This document shows, piece after piece, positions 46,255 to 56,621 of a DNA stretch of 64,000 nt. A model generated the notes under the pieces. The model saw only the letters and a program-made list of their open reading frames with translations. It made no database searches and had not been told where the DNA came from. Each line of letters opens with the position of its first letter. The stretch's first letter is position 1. Both the position numbers and the translations under genes were made by a program. The stretch covers positions 29,835-93,834 of the forward strand of contig CAXPEB010000047.1 in the NCBI GenBank assembly GCA_964215915.1. The letters run 5' to 3'. This DNA is from Bacteroidia bacterium (GTDB taxonomy: Bacteria > Bacteroidota > Bacteroidia > UBA8524).

Positions 46255-48798
46255 ATGCAACTGACAAAACACAACTTCAAATTGTCAGGAGGGATCTTCC
46301 TCCTGGCTTTACTTTTCCTATTGAGCCTGCCCGTATCGCTCAAGGCCCAGCTTCAGTTCGAACAACAGTTGGAACTGACTTCCTGGTTCGAGGGCTGGAG
46401 CAGCCTGGAGTATTATGACGCGGTGGAACTGCCCGATAAGTCCTTCGCCGTATATATTGGCGGGTATAAGGTCCATCCCAATAACCCCAACCAGATCGAC
46501 CAGGTTTTTTCCGGCCTGATCTTCCTGGATAAATACGGGGAGATCATCCTGGATCCGCAAACGGGCTTACCCAAACATTATTTTTTTGAGATTGGCCTTG
46601 TCAATGACGGGTTTGTCACAAACCCGGAAACCGCCGGTAAGAACCTGCTCTACCTAAGCGACGGCACCTTTGTTATCTATGGGATGGATATGGATAGACG
46701 TTTTACGGTGATCCGCCTGGATATTAACGGCAATATCCTATTCAATAAAAAAATGGTACCGGTTACCGGGCTGCTATGCAACAACCAGCCGGGGCAAACT
46801 CCCGGCGACTTCACCCTTACCGAAGTGTATGATGCCGTGGTCCTCAACCGGAACAAGATACTCTTCCTCTGCGGTTCCACCTACGCTACCGTCGACCCGA
46901 ACAACGTACAGTGCAACCATTATCTCAGCCTGTTGCGTATCGATAAATTCGGAAACTTCGACAACTTCTACTACGAATACCGAAGCCTCCCTGACCATTA
47001 TGATGACCAGGTGGAAGGATGCCGCCTGAAGCCCTCCAAATACGGAGGCTATATCTTCAGCTTTGCTACCCGTTCCATGAGCCAGATTGATGTCTTGTCC
47101 AGCCGTGGACTAGTGGAAGTGAAACCGGATGGAAGCATCAACTGGGTGGCGTGGAACGTGCCTTTCAAAGACTGGATTGAGCTGGAAGATGATCACTTCG
47201 TAAGTGTAGGTTTCCGAAACAGCCATAACCAATTCAACGGAACATTTACCCCCTACGGACAGATCTGTGAATGGAAAGTGATTCCCGCCTGGCAATATGT
47301 CGATGAAATTGCCGGAGCCGAAGTGGAAAATGCGAAGTTCTCCTCTCTGGTAAAAAAAGACGATAAGTATGTCTGCGTCGGGTCCTATAACTGGGCTCCC
47401 CTGCTTACGGCATTCCCTGACGACCTCAGCACCTACCTCACGCAGTATACCTATACGTTTGAAGATGAAAATGCCATGCTGCTGGACATCAGAGAGCAGA
47501 ATGACAACGCCTACCTGATCGGAGGGTTCGGTACGCGGTTCACAAGCAGTCCGCCTTCACACGGAAAACTGGCCTACGCCTGCAATGACCCTTACCTGAT
47601 CCGGCTTCCTGCCGATCTGGAAGGCTGGTGCGCCGAAGGAAGGGAGATTCCCTTCGAAGAGAAATACTTTAACAGCTACTACTCCGAAGGCGGTGAGAAA
47701 CTCAGTGCGGATATTGATTTTGAAAATATGGAAACGGCAACCTTGCTGGAATCCATGGAGAAAGACCCGCTTTGCTGTACCGAGTCGGTTTCCGTAACGG
47801 GCGACGCCTATATCTGCATGCAGGGCGGACTGAGCGTCCTCTCTGCCAACTACACTCCGAACGGAACCGAGAGGATTTACTGGACCCATGACGGGAAAGT
47901 GGTTGCCGGTAGCGATAACGAGGTTAGTATTGAAGTTTCCGAGGCAGGCGATTATTTCTTTTTCGTAGAACTGGCCAACGGTTGCCTCGGTCAGGGTCAC
48001 TTTACGGTACACTACTATTCCAGTCCGGCCTGGGGTGTCCCTTCCTTATTCAGCACACGATGCCTGAATGATCCGGCCTTTAACCTCTACCTGGTCAACG
48101 AACCGGTTCCGGGTACCTGGACCGGCACAGGGGTAACCGGCAGCTTCCCCAATTACCAGTTCGATCCGGAACTGGCCGGACCCGGCCTGCATACCCTCCA
48201 CGTACATTATCAAGACCAGTATGGCTGCGAATGGGATTTTGATATCGATATTCCGGTAGTGGGCCAACCCGTTCAGGCTCCTGCAATCCCCACCAGCTTC
48301 TGTGTTTACAGTGGCCCTTATGCGCTTCCGGCCGGTGGCGACTGGGTGAATTTCAATAACCAGACAAGTATGATACAGATCATTCCGTCCCAGTACTGCG
48401 TAGGCTGTACGCTTGAATTGGTTTACTGCGAGTTCTTCAACAGCGGAAGTACCTATTGTACCATTTGCGACCCGGATACGATCGTGATCACATTCCATGA
48501 CTGTACTCCCGGCAAAAGAGCCCTGGGACTGGAAGAGGCACAACCCGGCACTCAGCTGAGTGCCAGCGTATATCCCAATCCCGCTTCCGACGGAGCAGAG
48601 GTGATCCTGTCACAGAGTTCGGATTACACCCTGATCCTGCGTAACATGCTGGGCGAAGAGGTACAATCGGCACGCTTCAGCGGCAGCAGGTACAAGATTG
48701 AAACGGAAGGTTTGGCCAGCGGACTCTATTTGCTGGAACTGCGAAATGCCCGTAACGAAAGCCTGGTACTTAAACTAACGATTGAGGGGAAACCGTAA
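46255..48798 (+). CDS. Secreted protein with type-A T9SS C-terminal domain
   Basis: 847 aa with a signal peptide (IFLLALLFLLSLPVSLKAQ). The C-terminus VYPNPASDGAEVILSQSSDYTLILRNMLGEEV...GLYLLELRNARNESLVLKLTIE fits a T9SS CTD. Confidence 0.8.
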   Translation: MQLTKHNFKLSGGIFLLALLFLLSLPVSLKAQLQFEQQLELTSWFEGWSSLEYYDAVELPDKSFAVYIGGYKVHPNNPNQIDQVFSGLIFLDKYGEIILDPQTGLPKHYFFEIGLVNDGFVTNPETAGKNLLYLSDGTFVIYGMDMDRRFTVIRLDINGNILFNKKMVPVTGLLCNNQPGQTPGDFTLTEVYDAVVLNRNKILFLCGSTYATVDPNNVQCNHYLSLLRIDKFGNFDNFYYEYRSLPDHYDDQVEGCRLKPSKYGGYIFSFATRSMSQIDVLSSRGLVEVKPDGSINWVAWNVPFKDWIELEDDHFVSVGFRNSHNQFNGTFTPYGQICEWKVIPAWQYVDEIAGAEVENAKFSSLVKKDDKYVCVGSYNWAPLLTAFPDDLSTYLTQYTYTFEDENAMLLDIREQNDNAYLIGGFGTRFTSSPPSHGKLAYACNDPYLIRLPADLEGWCAEGREIPFEEKYFNSYYSEGGEKLSADIDFENMETATLLESMEKDPLCCTESVSVTGDAYICMQGGLSVLSANYTPNGTERIYWTHDGKVVAGSDNEVSIEVSEAGDYFFFVELANGCLGQGHFTVHYYSSPAWGVPSLFSTRCLNDPAFNLYLVNEPVPGTWTGTGVTGSFPNYQFDPELAGPGLHTLHVHYQDQYGCEWDFDIDIPVVGQPVQAPAIPTSFCVYSGPYALPAGGDWVNFNNQTSMIQIIPSQYCVGCTLELVYCEFFNSGSTYCTICDPDTIVITFHDCTPGKRALGLEEAQPGTQLSASVYPNPASDGAEVILSQSSDYTLILRNMLGEEVQSARFSGSRYKIETEGLASGLYLLELRNARNESLVLKLTIEGKP

Positions 48799-49042
48799 AG
48801 AGCTTATCCATACCATTCGCGTGAAGAGAACCCTGTTCCCGTTCGGGGGCAGGGTTTTTCATTCGGCTTCGGAACAGTCAACAGTCTTAGCGAAACTGCC
48901 AGAAACAACCGAGTTGTAGGGCTTGCATAGATGGGAATGCTTCATCCGTAACACGGTTCCTCAGCGGATACCTATATCCCGCCTGAACTCCCGGCATTCC
49001 TTCCTCTTTTCCGTTTATGTTTGCCGCATACGAACCTCCACC

Positions 49043-49501
49043 ATGAATGCCAACTTCCTGTTCCGTGAAGCACAGATCCGCGACATCGGGCAAATACAGC
49101 GCGTAAGAAATTCAGTAACGGAAAACACGTTATCAGATCCGGCCCTGGTAACAGATGCCCTGTGCGAAGATTTCCTGACAAACAGGGGGAAAGGATGGGT
49201 ATGTGAAATCGATAAACGCATCGTGGGATTTTCCATTGCCGACCTCAGGGATGACAATGTATGGGCGCTGTTTGTAGAGCCGGGCTATGAAAAGCAGGGA
49301 ATCGGGAAAGCCTTGCACCGGCTTATGCTTGACTGGTACTTTGGCCAGGGGAAAAGCCATATCTGGCTGGGAACTTCTCCGGCAACCCGTGCGGAAACTT
49401 TTTACAGAAAGCAGGGATGGATAGAAAACGGCATCCATGGCAAGGGGGAAATCCGGTTTGAAATGACCCGGGAAGACTGGGAAAAGTCTTCCGGGAAATA
49501 A
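49043..49501 (+). CDS. GNAT family N-acetyltransferase
   Basis: ORF 48923..49501. The likely start is ATG 49043 (MNANFLFREAQIRDIG). The acetyl-CoA binding motif is VGFSIADLRDDNVWALFVEPGYEKQGIGKALHRLM. Confidence 0.75.
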   Translation: MNANFLFREAQIRDIGQIQRVRNSVTENTLSDPALVTDALCEDFLTNRGKGWVCEIDKRIVGFSIADLRDDNVWALFVEPGYEKQGIGKALHRLMLDWYFGQGKSHIWLGTSPATRAETFYRKQGWIENGIHGKGEIRFEMTREDWEKSSGK

Positions 49502-49569
49502 TACAGGCCCTTCTTTCTTTTGTGAAGTAGCAGCCGTTTCACCAATGGGTTATTTATCTTGCTGTCTGT

Positions 49570-50460
49570 ATGGATTTCGGCCATGTCATAGATCCGGGAA
49601 ACGCCTCCTTTCAGCTTCCGGAAGACCCAACTACCAATAACGCCGTATTGTCTTCCGGAAATGGAAAACTACGCGTACACGTGGGTTGCGCCAAATGGGA
49701 TATCCCCGAATGGAAAGGGGTCATTTATCCGCCAAACCTGGCCAGAAAACACTTTTTGACGTATTACGGCAAAGCCTTTAATGCCGTGGAGCTGAATGCC
49801 ACCTTCTATTCGGTGTTCCGTCCGGAGACCCTGATGAGGTGGATTGACAACACGCCGGAAGGTTTCCTTTTCTGCCCGAAATTCCATTCCGGTATCAGCC
49901 ACCGTAACTGGTCCCGGCCATGTCCGGAAGAAACCTTCAATTTCCTGGAATCCGTCAGTCACCTGGGGGAAAAGCTGGGACCCTGTTTCCTGCAACTACA
50001 CGAACGAACAGGCCTTGCACATGCGTCCTCCATCCTGAATTTCCTGGGAAACCTGCCTCCCGGCCAGAATGTATTTGTGGAGCTCAGGCACCCTGCGTGG
50101 TTCCTTCCTTCCGATGATACCACGACGTTTTTCGATACCTTGGAGGAACTGAGATGCGGGGTAGTCATTACGGATACTCTGGGCAGGCGGGATGCGGCGC
50201 ACATGCGGTTGACAACGCCATCGGCTTTTGTGCGATTCAACGGATATGGACTGCACCCGACTGATTACCTGCGCATCGATGCCTGGGTGGAACGGATACG
50301 GCGCTGGGAGCAACAAGGCCTGGAGCAGCTTTATTTCTTCATGCACCAAAAAGACGAAACCCACTCTCCGGTATTGGCTGCTTATTTTATCCGGAAATTG
50401 AACGAAGGCCGGGAGGAAAGCCTCCCCGAACCGGCATTCTATTCAACATCGTTGCTCTAA
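49570..50460 (+). CDS. DUF72 (YecE-like) family protein
   Basis: 296 aa with the DUF72 pattern: an N-terminal W-containing motif (CAKWDIPEWKGVIYP), FLTYYGKAFNAVELNATFYS and TPEGFLFCPKFHSGISH. Confidence 0.75.
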   Translation: MDFGHVIDPGNASFQLPEDPTTNNAVLSSGNGKLRVHVGCAKWDIPEWKGVIYPPNLARKHFLTYYGKAFNAVELNATFYSVFRPETLMRWIDNTPEGFLFCPKFHSGISHRNWSRPCPEETFNFLESVSHLGEKLGPCFLQLHERTGLAHASSILNFLGNLPPGQNVFVELRHPAWFLPSDDTTTFFDTLEELRCGVVITDTLGRRDAAHMRLTTPSAFVRFNGYGLHPTDYLRIDAWVERIRRWEQQGLEQLYFFMHQKDETHSPVLAAYFIRKLNEGREESLPEPAFYSTSLL

Positions 50461-50479
50461 AGGAGAGCATGCGGCTCCG

Positions 50480-51061
50480 TTACTTTCCATACCAATGTTT
50501 CAGCTTCGCGGAAGCTTCTTGCGGATGGGCACTGATATATTCCGGCAACCCCATGGGATAGCCGAAATCACAGGGCAGATCAAACACATCCCATTGAACT
50601 TCAAATACCTGGAAGTAAGGAATATCAAGGATTTCGTCCAGAAGCATAAAGGCAACCGCTCCCTGGGTCAGAACGCTGTCTCGGCAAGGGATGCGAATGG
50701 TGGTTTTTGTATTATCGCTTACTTTATTGATCAGGTATGGAACAGCGGCTTCACCCAGTTTCACGATTTCCCGGTAGAGGGAATCTCCCCGGTTCAAAGA
50801 AGCTGAATCCGACTTAACGGGGTTGGCCACCTGCCTGATCTCCCCGATCCTTTCCACAAGAACCGCGGCAGATGGAGGCCTCACTGTGTCCGTTTCTCTT
50901 TCACCCTCTATATCCTCTGTTTTCCGGGAAGTATGCGTGTCTCCGGAACAGGCCCAGAGAAACACCACAAGCAGCGGAATGAGTATCCCCATCCCGTTGT
51001 TTCCATATCCATCCATACGCATAATACCTTGCAAACCGTTGTGTTTCCGTATTGTATTCAT
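50480..51061 (-). CDS. Hypothetical lipoprotein
   Basis: The ORF runs to 51211, but an internal Met (MNTIRKH... or MGILIPLLVVFLWACSGD with a lipobox) is the likely start. The exact start is uncertain, between 50992 and 51061. Confidence 0.5.
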   Translation of the reverse strand: MNTIRKHNGLQGIMRMDGYGNNGMGILIPLLVVFLWACSGDTHTSRKTEDIEGERETDTVRPPSAAVLVERIGEIRQVANPVKSDSASLNRGDSLYREIVKLGEAAVPYLINKVSDNTKTTIRIPCRDSVLTQGAVAFMLLDEILDIPYFQVFEVQWDVFDLPCDFGYPMGLPEYISAHPQEASAKLKHWYGK

Positions 51062-51357
51062 AGTACCGTCAGGAATTGGATGAGTTCGCCGAGTCCGGCA
51101 CAGGCAAGGCCTAAAAGCAGGCCTGTTAGCAAACGTATACTCTTTCTCAAAATACGAATACCGATCCATACACCGGCAAGATTGATCAAGCCACTGAGCA
51201 GGAGCGCCCAATCCGGAACTTTGGCCAGGTACAGGATTTCCTCGTTTCCATAACTCCTGAATAAAAGCAGTGTGCGTACGAAGGCGTACCCGTTCAGGAA
51301 TATCAGTAAGCCACCGGCGATGATTTCATTCGCGGAAGTCAGTATTCGTTTTTTCAT
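51058..51357 (-). CDS. Small integral membrane protein
   Basis: 99 aa with two or three hydrophobic helices (IIAGGLLIFLNGYAFV, WALLLSGLINLAGVWIGI, LLTGLLLGLACAGLG). Confidence 0.5.
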   Translation of the reverse strand: MKKRILTSANEIIAGGLLIFLNGYAFVRTLLLFRSYGNEEILYLAKVPDWALLLSGLINLAGVWIGIRILRKSIRLLTGLLLGLACAGLGELIQFLTVL

Positions 51358-51385
51358 ATCGGTTGCCTTAAAGGGCGGGCCTCAT

Positions 51386-51709
51386 TTATTTGGGTTCCAG
51401 CGAAAGCACATACGCATGACTTTCGTTCAAAAGGGCCACAAGCAAGTCCGGTTTATTCCACAAGTCCTCCGGAATAAGCACATATCCGCGCATCACCGCC
51501 CCGTGTGAATGGTACAAGGTGGTATTCAGTTCCTGCAGGTATTTTTTCTGGACTTCCGCCGAAAACCGGATACCCAGTTCCCCGTCTTTGTTCAACATAG
51601 AGAACATGTGACCATTGGCCGAAGTATAAGGGACCGTTTTGCCTTTCCGCTCAAAACGCGGGCATTGTGCCACCAATTCATCGTACTGTTTGATTCTGTT
51701 CGGATCCAT
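51386..51709 (-). CDS. TfoX N-terminal-domain-like protein
   Basis: 107 aa. The pattern GHMFSMLNKDGELGIRF...MRGYVLIPEDLWNKPDLLVALLNESHAYV resembles TfoX_N / YjbR-like small proteins. Confidence 0.5.
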   Translation of the reverse strand: MDPNRIKQYDELVAQCPRFERKGKTVPYTSANGHMFSMLNKDGELGIRFSAEVQKKYLQELNTTLYHSHGAVMRGYVLIPEDLWNKPDLLVALLNESHAYVLSLEPK

Positions 51710-51861
51710 CTCTTTTAGTGTTTTTCTATTTCAAGGACTCTTTCGAATTTCCGCTTCTCTTTTCACAGACACCTAAACCCTTCATTTTCCATAATTTGAA
51801 AAATCAATATACCCAAAAACCGGTATCCGGAGAACCTTAATTCTATCAAACAAAACGGAGC

Positions 51862-52452
51862 TTATCTTATTTCAACGGACCGGATCAGTTTCAGCGCCAT
51901 CGAATCAAACTCCGGGTCCTCCATGGAGGCCTTGCTGTTGATCACTTCCAGGCGAACAAGGTTATTTATGGCCGTACATACCTGCACCGTGCCTGTACTA
52001 TCTGCAAGCGTCTCGCAGTAGAGGATAAAATCCGTATTCCGGCTCTTGATCCATTGCTCGTTGCGGTAGGTTTTTTCGCCGTGCAGCCGCCTATCCCGAT
52101 CGGCCAGGTTGTCCAGCATTTCGTGCACCTGTGATGGGGCAATCTGATGCGTTTTGTTGTTCAGGCATTCCGGGCGGTAATGGCTAATGATTATTCCCAG
52201 GTAATGGTTCGGGTATTGGCGGAAGAACCCCGTCTCTAGCGGACTAAAAACATGGATGCTGTCACTCAGGGAAACAGTGATCCGGTCGTCGCAGGTATAG
52301 TCGGAAAGGAGAACCAGTTCCTTTTTGTATGGAAGGGCAAAAGGTGTCCGGAGACGAATTTCCGTATCCAGTTCAGGAAGCAAAACCACGGTCGGGCTTC
52401 CCGGGTCGCAGGACAAAAACAGCAACAGGAAAAGTAGCGGAAGTATTCTCAA
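51862..52452 (-). CDS. Hypothetical lipoprotein
   Basis: 196 aa with a lipoprotein signal (LLFLLLFLSCDPG). No family recognised. Confidence 0.5.
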   Translation of the reverse strand: MRILPLLFLLLFLSCDPGSPTVVLLPELDTEIRLRTPFALPYKKELVLLSDYTCDDRITVSLSDSIHVFSPLETGFFRQYPNHYLGIIISHYRPECLNNKTHQIAPSQVHEMLDNLADRDRRLHGEKTYRNEQWIKSRNTDFILYCETLADSTGTVQVCTAINNLVRLEVINSKASMEDPEFDSMALKLIRSVEIR

Positions 52453-52545
52453 GGGTTCTCTTTGAGGTAAAGATAAGGATTCCGGGAAGCACCGTTTTAA
52501 CCGATGGAAGGTGAACTTCTTTACGACGGGATAAGACGATGAACC

Positions 52546-53337
52546 TTGTTGACGTTAACTTGCAGTATGCTCTCCCGAATTTTCAGGTTCCTTGTTGTCG
52601 CATTTCTGGTCTGTGCTTTCCAGGTGGCGAGGGGACAAACTTTCGAAAGGTCCTTTCGTGGCCACTGGGCTTCCACCCTTTGGGAGTTTGCCTTCCATAT
52701 AGATAGCACTTATGAAAGGGCTTCCTTCGGACACTACGGGCACACCCTGGTTGAAGGGCGTTACGAACGTACGGGAGACACGATACATTTGTTAAGCGGG
52801 TACGAAAATACAAGCCAGACCGTGAATGAATATTACCTGCTGGATTCCAACGGTTACCTGATTGACCTTTCCCTGAGGTATGATTATGCTCCGGTAACCG
52901 CCACCGCAACCAAGCCTGATTCCGAGCTAACACGCTGGTCTTACCCGAGCAGGGTACGGCGTGTCAAATACCCCCAAACCGATGATCCTGACCCACGGAA
53001 ACGGGCAGAACTGGAAACCGTACTGCAGATGGCCCTTAACTCTCCTTCCATTCGTAAATATTACCATTTCGATCAATTCCCGAAAAGACGACTGGTGATC
53101 GCGAGTTATTATCATCTCAAAGCGGATACGCTGAGTGTCGATTCGCATACGGTGATCTTCCTGCCCAAAGAACAGATCCGGGATGCCTTTTTTATTGAGA
53201 TAGAGGACCTCAACCAAAACCGCGATAAGATAGAGATTGACCTTATACTCCACGGAGAAGGAGTCAGTCTCTGGTTTTATTTTGTAAAAAGAGAGGGGGT
53301 ATGGATAGAAGGGGATGTTTATGAAACGGAAAACTGA
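52546..53337 (+). CDS. Hypothetical secreted protein
   Basis: 263 aa with a signal peptide (IFRFLVVAFLVCAFQVARGQ). No family recognised. Confidence 0.5.
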   Translation: MLTLTCSMLSRIFRFLVVAFLVCAFQVARGQTFERSFRGHWASTLWEFAFHIDSTYERASFGHYGHTLVEGRYERTGDTIHLLSGYENTSQTVNEYYLLDSNGYLIDLSLRYDYAPVTATATKPDSELTRWSYPSRVRRVKYPQTDDPDPRKRAELETVLQMALNSPSIRKYYHFDQFPKRRLVIASYYHLKADTLSVDSHTVIFLPKEQIRDAFFIEIEDLNQNRDKIEIDLILHGEGVSLWFYFVKREGVWIEGDVYETEN

Positions 53338-53508
53338 GGTCCTTTCCGTTTTAAGGTTTCGTTACTATTCGATCAATGTACGGAAAGAACACTTTGCGGG
53401 GAATAATTCTTGAAAACCCTCTCTTGCCTGGAACAGGAATCATTTGTCGAAAAACAGCAAACGCAAGTAACTCTTCAGACGTATACCTCGTTCCTCAAGC
53501 GGATTACC

Positions 53509-55701
53509 ATGAACCGAGTCATGAACCGAATCCTTTTACTCTTTTCTTTCTCCTTATTTTCTCTGCTCCGATTGTCTGCACAGGCTCCGCAGATCAACTG
53601 GCAGCGTTGTCTGGGCGGAAGCGACGGTGATTTTGGACAGGCAGTGCTTCTGACTTCAGACGACCATTACCTGGTAGTGAGCTCCACCAACTCTATGGAT
53701 GGGGATGTTGACGATAAACCTGCACAAACCGATATCTGGATACTGAAACTGGATGCCAATGGAAACACGCTCTGGCAATTGGTAGTAGGTGGGCTCTATC
53801 CGGATTTCGGCATTGATGCCACCGAGTGTAGCGACGGAGGTTTTGCCATACTGGGGAGAAGCTACATGGATGCCAGTGGTAATGATAACGATCTCCGGAT
53901 CACCCGGCTGAGTCGCGACGGGGCACTGCTTTGGGACAAAACCTACGGAGGCAGCTATTCGGATCAGGGGAATGCCATCCTGGAGACTCCGGATCAGGGT
54001 TTCCTCGTAGCCGGTGTAACCCACTCCTCTGACGGGGATATTGTTTCCCAACACCACGGTAATGCCGATGCCTGGCTCCTGAAGCTGGATGCCGGTGGAA
54101 AAATTGAATGGGAACATTGCTATGGCGGCTCGGATAATGACTGGGCAAACAGCATAATTGCCTGCAGGGAAGGCGGGTACTTGTTCGCCGGGTTCACTGC
54201 CTCTGACGACGGTGATCTCAGTCCCACCAATATGGATGGAAACGCTTTCTGGGCCGTGAAGCTTAATGAGCAGGGAAGTATAGAATGGCAATGGCGTCAC
54301 TCGCGATCCCCGTACGATCATCTGAATGCAGTGATCCAGGCTCGGGATGGAAGTTATGTCGCTTGCGGCCAAACTTACCACAACGCACAGGGCCTCTGGG
54401 ATTCCTATCTGGTTAAATTCAACCCTGCTGGTCAGATGGTAGCAGAATGGTCTTCCGAAACCCTGTATCCCGATTACTTTTTTGACCTCTGTGAAACGGC
54501 TGAAGGAAACATCGTCGCTTGCGGAATAGGGAGCCAGGATCCTCATATGATTCCTTTTGACGCCTCCCTTTATAAATTCAACCTGAATGACCTTAGTCTG
54601 CAATGGGTAGATTTTTACGGGGGAAATGAAAGAGACGCTGCTTATTCCATAGCGCTTTGCCCGGACAGCGGATTTGTACTCTGCGGCATTACCAAATCCA
54701 ATGACGGGGATGTTAGCGGCAACCACGGCGATTACGACAACTGGATACTGAAACTTGATCCGGAACCGCTAAAGATTTTCGGCGCTCCTATCCTGTGCCC
54801 CGGAGAAGAAAACTGGTACCGGCAGAACCGGCCATATGCCTGCGACTGGTACCTGGATGATTTGTTTCAAACCTATGCCGACAGTTTCCGGACATCCTTT
54901 GTTTCTGCCGGAACATACCGGCTGAAGGCGTGTTACGAAGTACCGGGAAGAGTTTACTGCGATTCGGTACTCCTTGAAGTCAAAGCTCGCCCGCAACTCA
55001 ATCTGCCGGAAAGTACAGCAGCCTGTGCGCCCCTGGAAATGACCGTTTGTCCCGGAGCCCTGCAACCCGGATTGCAATTTCGGTGGAGCAACGGCTCCAC
55101 GGATTCCTGCATTGTCGTAAAAACTCCCGGCTGGCACACCACAACCGCCTCCTCAGAGTATTGCAGCACAACGGACAGCATCCGGGTGGTAGAATATCCT
55201 TTGCCGGATTTCCGCATCCTGCAGCCGGATACCCTTTGTATGGATGACCAACATCCGCTCACACTCCTGGCCGAACCCGATTCTTTTCCGCTATATAGCT
55301 GGAACGGAGGGCTTTCCATAGATACGTGGATGGAAGTGTATACGGATGATCCGGTAAGCCTGGAAGTCACCAACAGCCAGGGTTGTTCCCGGGAAATCCG
55401 TTTCAAACCGCTCAACGGGTGCCCGATGACCTGGTATATCCCGGATGCGTTCAGTCCAAACGGCGACAACCTGAACGACAGCTTCCGTGTGGAAGGCTTT
55501 GGGATCGCTTCGTATGAAATCTCCGTCACCGACCGGTGGGGGGAGGTTCTCTATACTGGGAAGGACGGAGTCTGGGACGGAAGGTTCCGGGGGAAGCCTG
55601 TACCCAATGGGCTGTACCTCGTACTAATCCGCCTGGAACCCGAAAACCCAACCCTCTCCAAACCCCAAAATCTGAAAATGATGCTGAAAGTCATAAGGTA
55701 A
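53509..55701 (+). CDS. Gliding-motility-associated C-terminal domain (CHU_C) cell-surface protein with N-terminal beta-propeller-like repeats
   Basis: ORF from 53410. The likely start is ATG 53509 (MNRVMNRILLLFSFSLFSLLRLSAQA). About 8 repeats of the G(G/S)..(D/N).G..I......G(G/Y).(L/F).G.T.S.DGD(V/I) type are present. The C-terminus WYIPDAFSPNGDNLNDSFRVEGFGI...DRWGEVLYTGKDGVWDG is the CHU_C signature. Confidence 0.8.
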   Translation: MNRVMNRILLLFSFSLFSLLRLSAQAPQINWQRCLGGSDGDFGQAVLLTSDDHYLVVSSTNSMDGDVDDKPAQTDIWILKLDANGNTLWQLVVGGLYPDFGIDATECSDGGFAILGRSYMDASGNDNDLRITRLSRDGALLWDKTYGGSYSDQGNAILETPDQGFLVAGVTHSSDGDIVSQHHGNADAWLLKLDAGGKIEWEHCYGGSDNDWANSIIACREGGYLFAGFTASDDGDLSPTNMDGNAFWAVKLNEQGSIEWQWRHSRSPYDHLNAVIQARDGSYVACGQTYHNAQGLWDSYLVKFNPAGQMVAEWSSETLYPDYFFDLCETAEGNIVACGIGSQDPHMIPFDASLYKFNLNDLSLQWVDFYGGNERDAAYSIALCPDSGFVLCGITKSNDGDVSGNHGDYDNWILKLDPEPLKIFGAPILCPGEENWYRQNRPYACDWYLDDLFQTYADSFRTSFVSAGTYRLKACYEVPGRVYCDSVLLEVKARPQLNLPESTAACAPLEMTVCPGALQPGLQFRWSNGSTDSCIVVKTPGWHTTTASSEYCSTTDSIRVVEYPLPDFRILQPDTLCMDDQHPLTLLAEPDSFPLYSWNGGLSIDTWMEVYTDDPVSLEVTNSQGCSREIRFKPLNGCPMTWYIPDAFSPNGDNLNDSFRVEGFGIASYEISVTDRWGEVLYTGKDGVWDGRFRGKPVPNGLYLVLIRLEPENPTLSKPQNLKMMLKVIR

Positions 55702-55702
55702 A

Positions 55703-56578
55703 TCAGATTGCTATCACCCGCTTCCTATGCCCGGGCTCCCAGATAAGCCTTACAAAAGCGCTGAACCTTTCATTTTGCCTCACTAATGGAACACCGGTAA
55801 CAATACCCACCAGAAGATTTTCTGTCACACCCACTCTCATTTGGGGTCTCATAGTCATCCACAAGCTCCTTCCCGATAGCGTTTTGTTGAATTCGGTGCC
55901 AATGAAGTTCCGGGTACCCGGTATCATGTAATGTACACTTGTATTGATCTGGTAATGGATATGAATTTTCCGTGCTCCCAGATGATGGTTAATCACGGGT
56001 CCGGTGTACAATAGAGAATGGAAGTTGTTACCCCAACGTTTGGCGAGAATAACAAAAGGGTTGTAACTATTTCCGCGTATAAAAGGATTACCGAAACTTC
56101 GAAAATCCGATAACTCCAACTCGTGGATATAGCCCAGGGCCATAGAAGTTGCCATCCCTTCATTTACGAGAAATGACCATTGGGTTGCCACTTTAATACT
56201 ATTCAATCGGTTTGCAGGTATGGAATCTTTGTGGGTTCCGCTGAGTGGAGAATATAAGGTGAAGGGTAGCTCTACTTCCAAACCCAACCGATTTATAGGT
56301 GCCCATTCATATTCGATAAGGGCTTCATATGAATCAAACCTTAGATTATCGGTAAGTCCCAGCCCGATATTCCACTCCCTCTCCCCTTTGCGGGCTCCCA
56401 AATCCCGGATAAGGTCAATGTATAAGGGTTCTGCATGGAGAACCTTGTCCGGTTCCCGCAGGTCTTCCACCTCACTGATATAGAGGCTGTCCTGAAGCTT
56501 GTTATTATTTTGCGCACAAACAAGTGCAGAGGAAACCAGTGCGATGAACAATGGTCCCATTGTTTTGGTAATTTTCAT
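55703..56578 (-). CDS. Putative outer-membrane beta-barrel protein
   Basis: 291 aa with a signal peptide (MGPLFIALVSSALVCAQ) and alternating beta-strand pattern. The family was not identified. Confidence 0.55.
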   Translation of the reverse strand: MKITKTMGPLFIALVSSALVCAQNNNKLQDSLYISEVEDLREPDKVLHAEPLYIDLIRDLGARKGEREWNIGLGLTDNLRFDSYEALIEYEWAPINRLGLEVELPFTLYSPLSGTHKDSIPANRLNSIKVATQWSFLVNEGMATSMALGYIHELELSDFRSFGNPFIRGNSYNPFVILAKRWGNNFHSLLYTGPVINHHLGARKIHIHYQINTSVHYMIPGTRNFIGTEFNKTLSGRSLWMTMRPQMRVGVTENLLVGIVTGVPLVRQNERFSAFVRLIWEPGHRKRVIAI

Positions 56579-56621
56579 GAAGATTGTTTTGAATGATAGA
56601 AACAGCGGTTGTTACCGCCGG

